The notes: generated from the sequence alone by a model not told the origin. A stretch of 64,000 nucleotides of DNA from Planctomycetes bacterium UBA1146 (GCA_963579555.1 CAUZHA010000007.1:3233-67232); one strand, 5' to 3'; shown: positions 34,701 through 44,163, numbered from the stretch's first letter. A program made the numbers and translations.

Positions 34701-37551
34701 AGTAGGAGGCCTGGAGGTCAACTTCCCACCAGGAGTCCATACCGTCCGTATGCGTGACGGAGCCGCCGCCCCACTGGCCATCGGTGTTGCCGTCGATCGC
34801 GCGCCCGGGAGCGCCTCCAAAACCCTCGGAGGACTGGGTGGCGACACCGTTGGGCCCGACGTTGAGCGAGGCGAGGCCCTGGGTCGACTCGATCGTTCCG
34901 CCGTTGGAGATGTCGGTGATCGTATAGGCGTCGAGGGCGGCCACGGGGCCGAAGCTCTCGACTACGGTTATCGCGTCGCCGGCCACTCCGCCACCGTTAC
35001 CGGTGATCTGGAAGGGCACGGAAGCCTGCGGGCAGGCGTTGGGGGAGAGGGTAGCCGTACGGGCCACACAGAGGGTCGGCTGCCCGACGGTGTCGGCATC
35101 GCCGGCGCCGAGAAGAGTGATCTCGGGGATGCCGCCGCCCCGGATCGGCAGGCTGTTGACCTTCGCGCCGTTGTACTCGACAGCGACGCGCATGTTCCAG
35201 CCGCCTCCGCCTTCCCATACCAGCGCGGAGAGCTTATTGACTCCCGGCAGGAGAACCGCTGGGCGGCGCTCCTGGCAGTCCCCGGCGCTTCCGCGGCAGG
35301 CGCTCACGTTGGTGATGATGTTGCAGTTGAGCATAGTGAGGACCGAGTCGTCACTTGCCGTACAGATGTCGACCGCCAGTGGAGAATCAGTATTATTCTG
35401 CACGTAGGTCGTGGCGATGCTCATGACGTTGTCATTGGGAATCCCTCCGCCGATCCCGGCGTTCTGGAGGGTCACGGCGATGCCCTGGAAATCGACCAGG
35501 TCGCCGTCGGGAAGCTCAACGCCGAGGTTGTCGGCGACAAAGGCGTGGGTCACCCAGATCGGACCATCGCTGAGACCTCCGTTGTTGAAGCCGTTGGAGG
35601 GAGAGGCACCAAAGTCGATGTCCCACTCGTCGCCGGCCTTGGGGTCTTCGGTTCCCAGATCGTAGGGAGGAACCCAGTTCGAGCCCATGACTCCCTGGCC
35701 GCCGCCGCCGCAACCGAGGGGGTTGAGCAAGGGGGCCATCCAGTTCCAGCCGCTGGCCTGGATCCAGCCGTTGCGGGCGATTCCGAAGTCGATATCGCAG
35801 CCCGCGACACCTCCAGCCTGGCCCTCGAGATCTCCACCGCCTGAGCCGTGGAATACGATTCCGAGATCGTTGGCATCGTTGATCACCTGGTCGGTCAGGG
35901 TCCGGAGTCCGAAGCGCATGTTGAAGCCACCGCCGCCTTCCCAGACGTGGGTGGTGATCTTGTTCATACCGGGAAGCAGGGTCGCGCAGTTGCGCTCCTG
36001 GCAGTTGCCGGCGCTGCCGCGGCAGGCGCTGGCGTTGGTGATGAGGTTCTCGTTCAGGTCCGCGCGAATCGAGTCATCACTCGAGGTGCAGAAGTTGACC
36101 CAGATCGACTCATCCGTGGTGTTTTCGACGTAGGTCGTCGAGATCGCCACGAGGTTGTCGGTGTTGGCACCGAGAGCGCCTACGTAGGCGTCGAAGTTCA
36201 CCAGGTCGTCCTGGCCGTTGACTGCAACGCCGTTGTCGTTGAGGAAGGCAGTGGTGGCCCAGGTGGGCAACTCCGCCACGGCCGTCAGGGTCCAGCCTCT
36301 GGACTCTACCGCGCCGAAATCGATGTCCCACTGGTCACCGGCTTGCGGTTCCTCGTCGAACAAGTTGAAGCCTGTCCAGTCGCCGGCCATGCGGCCCACG
36401 CCGCCGCCGCCGCAACCACCGTCCTGGTCAAGGATCAGCATGTTCCAGGCCTCGGCCTGGATCCAGCCGTTGGGGTTGACCGGCATGGCGCCGGGCTCGC
36501 CGAGGCTGACGTCGAGCTGGTAGGGGCCGCTGTCGCTGCCCCAGCCGTGCACGAGAATGTAGTAGGTCACGTCCTCTTCTGTTTCCCAACTGATGGAGGA
36601 CAGGCAACATTGTCCGGGCCTGACACAGGCATCGTCGTTGTTGAGGATAGCTGTGAGCCCAGCGACTGCGGTTCCAGAGCCGCCGCCGACATCGTTGCCG
36701 ACGAACGCGTTGATCTCGTTGAAATCGTCGTTGAGAGAGAGGTAGGTCACCGTCTGCGGGATAGCTCCATCGGAGTTGTGGTCACTGTTGGCGAAACCGA
36801 CAAAGACGGTCTCGGGCATCGTGCCGCGATCCTCGGCATGTCCGGCAGTCCAGGAGGCATCGTCACGCGGGTCGGCAGGGGCCTCGGCGGACCACCACGA
36901 CTGGAATACGTTGCCGCGACGGGTCAGACGAGTGTACACGGGGCGCGCTCCTGCGCCGTCCATGAGGATCTCGTACATGCCACCACCGGCGACGCCGTGC
37001 TCACGGCGACCGGCCTGGCGGGACACGTCATCGTTGGAGGGCCCGTGGAACTGGGTCTGCATGAACTCAGATTCGCGGGTCAGCTCGCGGCGGGCCATGA
37101 GGCCCATCTTGCCCCAGCGCCCGGCGTTGGTGTCGTGCGAGTAGTCGACCATCTCGATGGCAACATCGAAGTCGCCGGTTATCTCGGTGTAGTCAAACTG
37201 GAAGTCATCGCCACCGGTCCAGATATCGCCACCAGAGGTGCTGGTGTTGGCGGTCGCAGGGGCGCAACTGCCGGTGAAGACGCTCAGGGCCGTGTCGTAG
37301 GCAGAGCCTTCACCACAGGTGCCTACCGTGGCTACTCCGCGGTTACCGACGATCGTGTACCAGACGCCAGGGGCGTTTGGAAACAGGGCGCCTGCATCGG
37401 GCGTCGCATCGGCGGTAGATCCAGTTGCGGAATCTCCACTCTCCAGAGCGATCGCGCCACAAGGCTCATCGTTCTCTTGCGAGAATACGGTCGAGCCAGT
37501 CGAGGCCAGGAGTCCGAAGACCGCCAGCAAAACAATAAATCTCTTACACAT
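31747..37551 (-). CDS. Giant (1934 aa) secreted cell-surface protein: N-terminal Cys-containing repeat domain, internally duplicated ~200-aa modules, F5/8 discoidin-like, LamG/ConA-like regions, FN3, C-terminal dockerin-like pair
   Basis: Signal peptide. N-domain shares the TCGS..YDT.LS.F.G.C / YYILVHGW motif with the 680-aa neighbour. Duplicated GWIQA..W...GCGGGG...AGD.WDIDFGA...ACRGSAG.CQER...VWEGGGG.NMR modules. Discoidin-like NVGPNGVATQSSEGF...WWEVDL. FN3 + dockerin-like tail (GDSNGDGTVNISD...DANQDGSVNISD). Confidence 0.8.
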   Translation of the reverse strand: MCKRFIVLLAVFGLLASTGSTVFSQENDEPCGAIALESGDSATGSTADATPDAGALFPNAPGVWYTIVGNRGVATVGTCGEGSAYDTALSVFTGSCAPATANTSTSGGDIWTGGDDFQFDYTEITGDFDVAIEMVDYSHDTNAGRWGKMGLMARRELTRESEFMQTQFHGPSNDDVSRQAGRREHGVAGGGMYEILMDGAGARPVYTRLTRRGNVFQSWWSAEAPADPRDDASWTAGHAEDRGTMPETVFVGFANSDHNSDGAIPQTVTYLSLNDDFNEINAFVGNDVGGGSGTAVAGLTAILNNDDACVRPGQCCLSSISWETEEDVTYYILVHGWGSDSGPYQLDVSLGEPGAMPVNPNGWIQAEAWNMLILDQDGGCGGGGVGRMAGDWTGFNLFDEEPQAGDQWDIDFGAVESRGWTLTAVAELPTWATTAFLNDNGVAVNGQDDLVNFDAYVGALGANTDNLVAISTTYVENTTDESIWVNFCTSSDDSIRADLNENLITNASACRGSAGNCQERNCATLLPGMNKITTHVWEGGGGFNMRFGLRTLTDQVINDANDLGIVFHGSGGGDLEGQAGGVAGCDIDFGIARNGWIQASGWNWMAPLLNPLGCGGGGQGVMGSNWVPPYDLGTEDPKAGDEWDIDFGASPSNGFNNGGLSDGPIWVTHAFVADNLGVELPDGDLVDFQGIAVTLQNAGIGGGIPNDNVMSIATTYVQNNTDSPLAVDICTASDDSVLTMLNCNIITNVSACRGSAGDCQERRPAVLLPGVNKLSALVWEGGGGWNMRVAVEYNGAKVNSLPIRGGGIPEITLLGAGDADTVGQPTLCVARTATLSPNACPQASVPFQITGNGGGVAGDAITVVESFGPVAALDAYTITDISNGGTIESTQGLASLNVGPNGVATQSSEGFGGAPGRAIDGNTDGQWGGGSVTHTDGMDSWWEVDLQASYYIESIRLWNRLDCCSERLANFTVQVLDIDRNVVFESAGLNANSAVNFTVPDVDADGQIVRVSIPEAFLSLAEVEIFSPTDEEVTTSVSIVWETTVADVNAGLSYTLAYSDSGSSSASGTFDLGGGPTPVDGISGVPFAADATGPIGDFDNSHLIGDANQGGVTYDADSDSYTVEANGSDIWNGGDHFAFAYKAVTGNFVATAHIADRIDGASGRWGKHGLMARQTCHSNARYSMIQTNLSGVNEAEIDLPRHSWRQNQGENGSSSDNYQVDDGALAGFDPDAGQRVNRRPTWMRMYRVGALIQTQLAFEDENGDPIQWQTIGGDSHPDRPDTLLVGLALTNHSGDVGSAVFDQVSIEAYDPGADESVRGDEIGPLDLAAGDPADSGLVVVQGGGYRPEVLDNGHLRITSNAVGGSANAVWLPQPLDLSSGFVLEFDAFMGPVGCDPGADPNPADGFTVTMIEAGGTGDPMGAFPADLALDSLRGDGGGAEGLWGNALLQRTEGHGSFSVEFDNWVGGFDPATGGSPNNDCSYHVGLLANTMVNAHVATNMDLGVGAGDLPSLFTEDGVHVAVKYAPNGHVTVTLNDELVVVDSHVVPLTGDLIIGFTGGTGGATADQEVANITLYELGAGVAPNPTFAYEFSGAADQSGGCAGATSSANVDVVLVTSDNPSDEGAQSYSLGVTASGGSITAISTDGTDAGGLIDGGFELSELTSGAGNDGAITAVIISFTQPVSLAADGSSSVATVTVESTNPDGADAATVSLDVVNGLVGGGRPVQSVVTWRGQTYRPSLGSTSYSVSSDVEAPGAPSGLAAVEGDNQVSLDWDDSGAADLASYTVSRDGAELASGLTESSYVDDTAVNDTTYSYTVTASDSCNESDASSAAEATPFDPGIGPFARGDSNGDGTVNISDPSATLNWLFLGGGDPPCLAAADANQDGSVNISDPSYTLRWLFLGGADHPAPATCGRTTDVGDVSQGCDTATCAE

Positions 37552-38402
37552 AACTGTGTAACCTCCAATTAGGGGTAATAAACCGATTTGTTTGATGAAT
37601 GTATTTAGGAACTCACAACCCGGACAGTGATGGAGTGGCTGTAATCACTACAGCCCCATCTGTTCCAAACGATTCGTTCCAAATACGACCCTACTAAATC
37701 ACCGCTGCCTGATGGGACAGACAGCGCAGACAGTAAATTTTCCTTTCGTACCCAAACGTACCGGCAATTACTGCCGCTACGCGCTCCTGAGTATATCAAT
37801 ACTTGATTCGCTGAAAAAGCACTTTATTACAGGGTTTTCAGCCGATGAGGATGGATTGTTTCAGGGTTGAGGATGGATACATCAGTTCTGTTGAGTTCCA
37901 AGCAGGCGTTGCCAGGCAATGGTTCTGTGAAGTAAATAAAATATGTAGTCATGCTAGCGAATGGGGTGAATCCTGAGGTAGGTGGGGGAGTTAGGATTCG
38001 CCTGCCTTAGTCAAGGGGGACTGAGCGACAGCCCTCGTTGCTCTCTTAAAACAGTCTATTACCCGTAAAGTATTACTGTGTAATGACTAATAGTTTTTCA
38101 GGTAGCCGGAGGCCTGGGGTACGCTACCGAAAAGCTGAAAGACCGAGGGAGAAAGAGGTGGTTCACTCTAGCCAACCCAATATAGAGAACTGGGTTGAGT
38201 AGTTATCGATCTCCAGCAGAGTCGATTTGATCAGCTGGAGTCTCATTTGCAGCCTGATGACGGCCAGTCGAGAGGGCCGTTATGAGCAGCGCGGCGCCTG
38301 CGATCAGGAGGAATAAACCAAAGAGCAGAGTCGCAATGGATGTTTACCCTAAAGTGTTGCATTTATTGGTGTTCGGGCGGTGATGATCGCTGGCGGAATG
38401 CA

Positions 38403-40124
38403 TCATTCTTTAAGCAGATGCTCTCTATTCGCCTCGAGATTTTCAAAAGTGGATGAGTTCCCTCCGGGCCAGCGAATGATGACCTTTTCAGCCTTCTTTG
38501 AGCCTGCCAGGCCAAAGTGAAGCCTGAGATCGTTCTGGCAGACATAGCTGCCCCCGCTTCGCACCTCGGCCACCTGGGTTTGGCCAGACGCTGTGACGCT
38601 CGCCCGGGCTCCCAGCGCGTAGGGATCTTTCTTTCCCTTGAGCTTCAGTGAGAGCCAGGTGTTTTTATTCGGCGTCTCGTTGATGAGAAGAGACGGACGC
38701 TCGCGGGAATTGCAGATGACGATGTCGATGTCCCCATCATTGTCGATGTCTCCGAAGGCGGCGCCGCGGCTGGAGAGTTTCTCTCTCAGGCCGCTCCCGC
38801 CGCCTTTGGTGATCTCGGTGAACCGCTTGTTCTCTCCTCGATAGAGCTGGTTCCGCTGACGATATTCAGAGGATTGGTCGTATCTGTCGATCTGGTCCTC
38901 GAGGTGACCGTTGGCGATAAACAGGTCCAGTTGTCCATCATTGTCGTAATCAAGCAGCCGAGTTCCCCAGCTGACCATTGGCAAGGTTGAATCTCCAAGG
39001 CCCCGGCTCAGCGCCTGATCGGAGAAACCGAACTTGCCCTCGTTGCGGTAGAGAGCGTTCAGCTGTTTGTGGTAGTTGGTGACGACCAGGTCGAAGCTCC
39101 CATCTCCATCGAAGTCGCCCGCATCGACCCCCATGCTTCCCTGCTCGGCTCCATCGAGTCCGACCGCGGCCATCGCCTCCGTGGCGATGTTCTTGAAGGT
39201 TCCGTCTTTCTGGTTTTCGAAGAGAAAGTTGTCACTGACATCGTTGGCCAGGTAGATGTCCGGCCAGCCATCGTTGTTGAAGTCGCAGACGGCGATGCCC
39301 ATTCCCCATTTGGGGCCGGGCTCCGGGTCGCGAGCTATGCCGGAGCGCTTGCTGACATCTTCAAATGTGCCGTCGCCGTTGTTTCTGAACAGGGAGTCGT
39401 GTACCGGTGTGTACTGTCCGGGGGCGCAATAGCCGGGAGTGTTGTTGTTGAAGCAGGGCTTGCTCGAGGCGAAGTCGACCTCACAGTAATTGCTGACGTA
39501 GAGATCGAGGTGTCCATCCCGGTCATAGTCGAGAAAGCAGGCGCCGGCGCTGAAGCGCGTGTCATCGACTCCGGCCTCGGAGGTCACCTCCGTAAAGGAG
39601 AAGCCTTCTTTTGCGCCGTTGTTACGGTAGAGATAGTTTCGTCCGAAGCCCGCGACATAGATGTCAAGGTCTCCATCTGAGTCGTAATCACCCGCTCCGC
39701 AGCCGATGGAAAACCCCCGGGCTTCAAGGCCTTTCTGCCTGGTCACGTCCTCGAAGGTTCCGTCCCCCCGATTACGGTAGAGTGCGTTGGGAGGGCAGGA
39801 TGCTAGGTCTTCAGGTGGGGGCAGGGGGCAGCCGTTGAGGAAGTAGATGTCGAGGTGTCCATCATTGTTGAAGTCGATGAGTCCCACTCCTGAGGCCAGC
39901 GTCTCGACGATGTAGTATTCGCCCGTGCTTCCGTCGGTGTGTTGGAAGGTGATTCCGGCCTCCGCGGATTTTTCGAGGAACCGGGCAGAGGAGGCGTCCT
40001 TGCCGCGGACGGTCTTGTTGGTATCTTCCTTGCAGCCTGTTGTAGAGAGCAGCAGCAGTACAGCCAGGGAGGCCTTGAAGGTCTGAACGCAGCCGGATTG
40101 TGGAGGTCGGTTTCCAGTCATCAT
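38403..40124 (-). CDS. FG-GAP repeat / ASPIC-UnbV (CRTAC1-like) lipoprotein
   Basis: Lipobox LLLSTTGC. Repeated FNNDGxxDIY / DYDxDGxLDLYV / DFDGDGSFDLVV FG-GAP/VCBS blades. C-terminal LRLHFGLAG...IRWPGG ASPIC/UnbV signature. Confidence 0.8.
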   Translation of the reverse strand: MMTGNRPPQSGCVQTFKASLAVLLLLSTTGCKEDTNKTVRGKDASSARFLEKSAEAGITFQHTDGSTGEYYIVETLASGVGLIDFNNDGHLDIYFLNGCPLPPPEDLASCPPNALYRNRGDGTFEDVTRQKGLEARGFSIGCGAGDYDSDGDLDIYVAGFGRNYLYRNNGAKEGFSFTEVTSEAGVDDTRFSAGACFLDYDRDGHLDLYVSNYCEVDFASSKPCFNNNTPGYCAPGQYTPVHDSLFRNNGDGTFEDVSKRSGIARDPEPGPKWGMGIAVCDFNNDGWPDIYLANDVSDNFLFENQKDGTFKNIATEAMAAVGLDGAEQGSMGVDAGDFDGDGSFDLVVTNYHKQLNALYRNEGKFGFSDQALSRGLGDSTLPMVSWGTRLLDYDNDGQLDLFIANGHLEDQIDRYDQSSEYRQRNQLYRGENKRFTEITKGGGSGLREKLSSRGAAFGDIDNDGDIDIVICNSRERPSLLINETPNKNTWLSLKLKGKKDPYALGARASVTASGQTQVAEVRSGGSYVCQNDLRLHFGLAGSKKAEKVIIRWPGGNSSTFENLEANREHLLKE

Positions 40125-40140
40125 GGAGGTGCGGGATCCG

Positions 40141-41568
40141 CTAATTATTTCCGGGTAGTCTCTGTTTCAATTGGGCCAATTTTTTTTGCAGGTCTTCCCT
40201 GCCGACCCTGTCTTGTGCCGGCAGTCTTCGAATACCTTCTTCCAGGGTTTCCCTGGCCTCTTCAAGAAGTCCCGCTTCGAAGTAGGTTCTCGCCAGTAGA
40301 TTGTACGCGGTGGCGTTTGGAATCTTGCTGTAGTTGACCGCGTTTTTCGCGTACGTGAGAATCTTCCCCAGGGTGCTGGCGTCCTTGGAGCCGAAGTTGA
40401 TGAGGATTTCAGCCAGTAGTCCATTGGCCTCAGCGTGTTCTGGTGACAGCGTGAGGGTTTTCCTGGCGGCCTTCTGCGCGGCGACGGCATGAATGCTCTG
40501 ATTGCCTTTTCCAGACGCCAGCGCCCTGAGATGGGCCTCGGCCAGCTTTAAGGAGAAGAAAGGATTGTCTGGCATTGAGCTGGCCGCCTGGCTGGTCGCG
40601 GTGATCAGCTCGGCTGCAGTCCCGTACTTGGAGACAAGATCCATTCGCTTGATATGCGCAGTGCGGTTTGCCGGGTCCAATTGCAGGGTCTCCTCGACCG
40701 CATCCCCTGCGAGGCTGCGGAATCTCGCCTGGCGCTGGTTATTGTCCGCGGCACGATTGTGTTCTTTCGTAAACAGCTCGGCAGCATCCAGCCAGGTGAG
40801 CGCCGCATCTTTCTTCTGCCGCTCCCGGCCACCGTTGTCAGCATTCTTGCGGTTGGCGAGAGCCTTCTCCTCCTGGCCCTTCTTGACGGTTTTCCAGCGT
40901 TCCAGGTAGGAGTCCGCCTCTTCTCCTTTGTCCAGTCGGCGCAGTGCTTCCGCGAGGCCATAGAGCGCTTCGCGACTGTCGGGCTCCAACTCGATTGCGG
41001 CTCGGTAGGCGGCGGCGGCCTCTTTCCAGAGCCCGAGGGCCTTGCAGGTGATACCGAGATTGGCATGGGTCCAGGCATCGCTGGTTTCGCGGCGAATTTC
41101 AGTCCGGAAGGCCTCGATGGCTTCTTCATGTTTCTGCATATGTGAAAGCACCTGTCCAATGCGAGTCCAGGCGCCCTTCGCTGCCGGGTCGTATCGCAGG
41201 GCCATGTGGCAGGCATTGATCGCTTCGGAGCCTCGGTTCGTCAGTGAGTAGATCTCGGCAAGTGACAAATAGACGTCGACCGTGACCGGGTTGACCTTGA
41301 GCCCTTGACGAAAGAGCGCCACGGCCTTCTCGTTCATCCCAAAGCGTTCGTGGACGGAACCGATGTTGAACAGCGCCCGCGCTCTCTCCTGCGGGACCAG
41401 GGACCGCGCGCGCCTGGCAACGGCGATGGAGTATTCGTAGAGGTTCTTTTTCGATGGCAGGGAGAGATCTTCCTGCGGTTTCTCGCTGCAGGCCGGGACG
41501 AAGAACAGGAGCGCTGTCAGCCCGAGAGCGGCCGGCCGCATGGGGGAAGCTCGCCTCATTTCATTCAT
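40141..41568 (-). CDS. TPR-repeat protein with signal peptide
   Basis: N-terminal signal (LGLTALLFFVPACS lipobox-like). Multiple 34-residue TPR units with A/Y/L periodicity (e.g. AWTHANLGITCKALGLWKEAAAAYRAAIELEPD). Confidence 0.7.
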   Translation of the reverse strand: MNEMRRASPMRPAALGLTALLFFVPACSEKPQEDLSLPSKKNLYEYSIAVARRARSLVPQERARALFNIGSVHERFGMNEKAVALFRQGLKVNPVTVDVYLSLAEIYSLTNRGSEAINACHMALRYDPAAKGAWTRIGQVLSHMQKHEEAIEAFRTEIRRETSDAWTHANLGITCKALGLWKEAAAAYRAAIELEPDSREALYGLAEALRRLDKGEEADSYLERWKTVKKGQEEKALANRKNADNGGRERQKKDAALTWLDAAELFTKEHNRAADNNQRQARFRSLAGDAVEETLQLDPANRTAHIKRMDLVSKYGTAAELITATSQAASSMPDNPFFSLKLAEAHLRALASGKGNQSIHAVAAQKAARKTLTLSPEHAEANGLLAEILINFGSKDASTLGKILTYAKNAVNYSKIPNATAYNLLARTYFEAGLLEEARETLEEGIRRLPAQDRVGREDLQKKLAQLKQRLPGNN

Positions 41569-43886
41569 GCCGGAGCCTCCTTCGCGCCATCAGGGGCGGG
41601 TCCATCGCCGGGTTGTCCGGAAGGGTCTTCACCCCCTGTTTCGCTAGCGCCAGGCTGCCTGAAGAAGAGGTAGGCGCAGATACTCGTAAGGATAAAGATT
41701 CCAGCCGCCACGGGGAAGAAGGTGTCAAAACCGAATGCGATCGGGAGAAAGAACGCCGTCATCGATCCAAGCCCGGCACCTACCGCGTCCATGGCAAAGA
41801 CGGCCAGGGGGTTGTGAGATGCCTGCTCAAAGAGTACGGGGAAATAGCTCCCCGTGACAAAGGCGACAGGCGCGAGCAGGAGGATGGTGGCGGTCGGCGA
41901 CAGCTCTGGCTGAAGGAAGAGCAGGAGGATGCAGAAGATCGAGCCGGTTAATTGAAAGATGGGCAGGAGGCGAATCGAGCTGAAGATGCTGCCGAGCCCG
42001 GAGAGAATGAGGAAGCTGATGGCTCCCAGGACCAGCGCGTCGTGAAAGACATAGAGTTTTTTGAAGAGCGCGAGGATCAGGTAGTGCTCCAGGATGAGGA
42101 AGTTGGCTCCAATGAGGAAGCTGATCAGGATGACCTGCAGGTAGCTGCGTCCTTCGATTTTCGGGTCGCCTCGTTTTCGCAAGGCGAAGACAAGGACGAC
42201 TCCAATACAGCACAACAGGCCCGCTGTTATCGCGAAGAGCTTGCTGACCTGCGCCAGTGAAAAAATATGGCTTACGTTTCCTGCCAGGAAAGGCTGGTCA
42301 TCGCTGATGGCGGAGAAACCTTCCTCGTCGATGACGGTGTAGGGGCCGCAGCGTGCCGACGGATTCGGGGGCAGCCTGATCCCGTAATCCTCAGCCAGGA
42401 GGAACTTGTCGACCTCATCGAGGTCAAGGAACGGGGCATCCTTGTTCCGCCCCGCCAGGATGAGGAATTCCTGTGAGTTGAAATAGGCCTTGACGACAAG
42501 GTTGACCTTCTCGCTGCGCAGGGTCTGCACATACTGGTTGGTCAGGATCCCCTTGGGATCAAGCCCTGTGGGATACCAGATCGCAAGGAGCCCTTTTTCG
42601 CTGAGACGGTCGCGCAACGTGACGTAGGCATCAACGGTGCGGATCATATTGCCCGGCTCCAGCATCATCTGGGGATAGCCGCCTACGCTCGGCAGGTAGA
42701 TCAGGTCGAATTTCCGGTCCGAGCTTTCCATGAACCCCCTGGCCTCATGCCGGATGGGGCTGACTTCCTCGCCCTCGTAGACCCTGGAAAACTTCTCCTT
42801 CAACTCTTCGCCACGGACAGCCTTGAGTACGGCCGGCTCGAGCTCTAAAGCGACGATTTCCTTGAAGTCGAATCTCGGCTGACGAGCCCAGCGGACCTGG
42901 CGCCCTCCGCCTGATCCGATGATGACGATGCTGCCGCCCCTGGGGGCGTAGTTGATGGGCAGCATTCCGAGTGACCGCTCGGTAAATCCGTATTGGGGCG
43001 AAAACTCCCACTGCATCAGGTCGTTGTAGAACCCGGTAAATTTCGGGCCGGGATCGCCCTCTTTGTGCGCCTTGTTTTCCATGATCTCGGTGAGGCTGTA
43101 GTCGCCCCATTCCTGGAAGGCGAAGTCGAAGCCCTTATCGGTATAGGCCGCAGTGGATTGCGGGCTGTCTCCCTTGTAGAGGCGGAGGAAGCCTTCCTCG
43201 ATCGGGTTGTAGGGGACCATCGCGGCGCAGAGAAGGATGGCCGTCTCGATGACGAGAAATTTTCTTCCCGGTCCTCGTTTCGCTATGAGGACAGAGGCGA
43301 GGGTTACGAGAAAAATAGACATGCAGATAATACGGGCGATTCCGAGGGCGGGGAGGGCGAACTGGATGAAGATGTATGCGAATGCGGCTCCGAATAGATA
43401 GAGTCCGTAGACCAGGGGCATCCGTCCGCGCAGGCGCTCTCGCCCCACCTGGTAGCCGAGGTATTCGCTCAGGCCGTAGGCGCAGAAGAAAGGTACGAAG
43501 AGGCCCGTAAAGGTTCCCATCTGGATCAGCAGCTTATAGAGGTCGACCTCAAAGAGGTGGGCTCTGAGGTAGTCGAAATGTTTGCACGAGAGAGCCGCCG
43601 CGACCGACAGGAACATCACAGCCTGTACGATCCAGAGTGTTTTGCTGAAGGCTTCAAGGTTGATCTTGAAGAAGCGTACGCCAATGAAGGCGCCGAGGGG
43701 AAAACCGATAAAGAGCAGGTCGAAGAACAGCGAGGGCATGATGAAGAAGCTGAGCAGCTTGAAGAGCGCCAGCGTGAACAGCACTGTTGCGGTGGAGAGG
43801 AGGAACAGGGCCGTCGCCAGCCTTGTTGAGGAAAGTTGGATATCACTGCCCTGACGGTCTTTGGTTGTTTCCTGTACGCTTTCCAT
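41565..43886 (-). CDS. Polytopic membrane protein with spermidine-synthase-like (aminopropyl/methyltransferase fold) central domain
   Basis: ~8 N-terminal and ~5 C-terminal predicted TM helices. Central soluble domain GGSIVIIGSGGGRQVRW...ALELEPAVL...FDLIYLPSVGGYP...GLLAIWYP parallels the spermidine synthase Rossmann core. Start overlaps the stop of the TPR gene (ATGA at 41565-41568). Confidence 0.6.
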   Translation of the reverse strand: MESVQETTKDRQGSDIQLSSTRLATALFLLSTATVLFTLALFKLLSFFIMPSLFFDLLFIGFPLGAFIGVRFFKINLEAFSKTLWIVQAVMFLSVAAALSCKHFDYLRAHLFEVDLYKLLIQMGTFTGLFVPFFCAYGLSEYLGYQVGRERLRGRMPLVYGLYLFGAAFAYIFIQFALPALGIARIICMSIFLVTLASVLIAKRGPGRKFLVIETAILLCAAMVPYNPIEEGFLRLYKGDSPQSTAAYTDKGFDFAFQEWGDYSLTEIMENKAHKEGDPGPKFTGFYNDLMQWEFSPQYGFTERSLGMLPINYAPRGGSIVIIGSGGGRQVRWARQPRFDFKEIVALELEPAVLKAVRGEELKEKFSRVYEGEEVSPIRHEARGFMESSDRKFDLIYLPSVGGYPQMMLEPGNMIRTVDAYVTLRDRLSEKGLLAIWYPTGLDPKGILTNQYVQTLRSEKVNLVVKAYFNSQEFLILAGRNKDAPFLDLDEVDKFLLAEDYGIRLPPNPSARCGPYTVIDEEGFSAISDDQPFLAGNVSHIFSLAQVSKLFAITAGLLCCIGVVLVFALRKRGDPKIEGRSYLQVILISFLIGANFLILEHYLILALFKKLYVFHDALVLGAISFLILSGLGSIFSSIRLLPIFQLTGSIFCILLLFLQPELSPTATILLLAPVAFVTGSYFPVLFEQASHNPLAVFAMDAVGAGLGSMTAFFLPIAFGFDTFFPVAAGIFILTSICAYLFFRQPGASETGGEDPSGQPGDGPAPDGAKEAPA

Positions 43887-44163
43887 ATCAAAAAAAAACT
43901 ATCTGAAGCTCAAAATCATGCAAGGAGTTTCCCATCTTTTAGATTTTTTTATTTTCACAAATCCTTGTGGAATAAACATATATGATACCGTTAGCGTAAA
44001 TTTTGGGGATGCTGCCATCCGCCTCCATACCCAAGCGGTAAAATCGGTATTGTGTTTGAGTGAGGAGGTCTCCAAGGCTCCTTGCGCCCTTTCAGTTCCG
44101 ACCCTTTGGGCAAGTTGTTCTTTAACTCTCACCGGCCGGAACCGGTCTCTCCCGAGGCTCTAA

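Noticed and set aside
30110-35844. Multiple 100-400-aa + strand ORFs inside the two giant minus-strand genes
   Set aside because: They are antisense frames of repeat-rich GC DNA. The minus frames carry signal peptides, FN3, discoidin and dockerin motifs.
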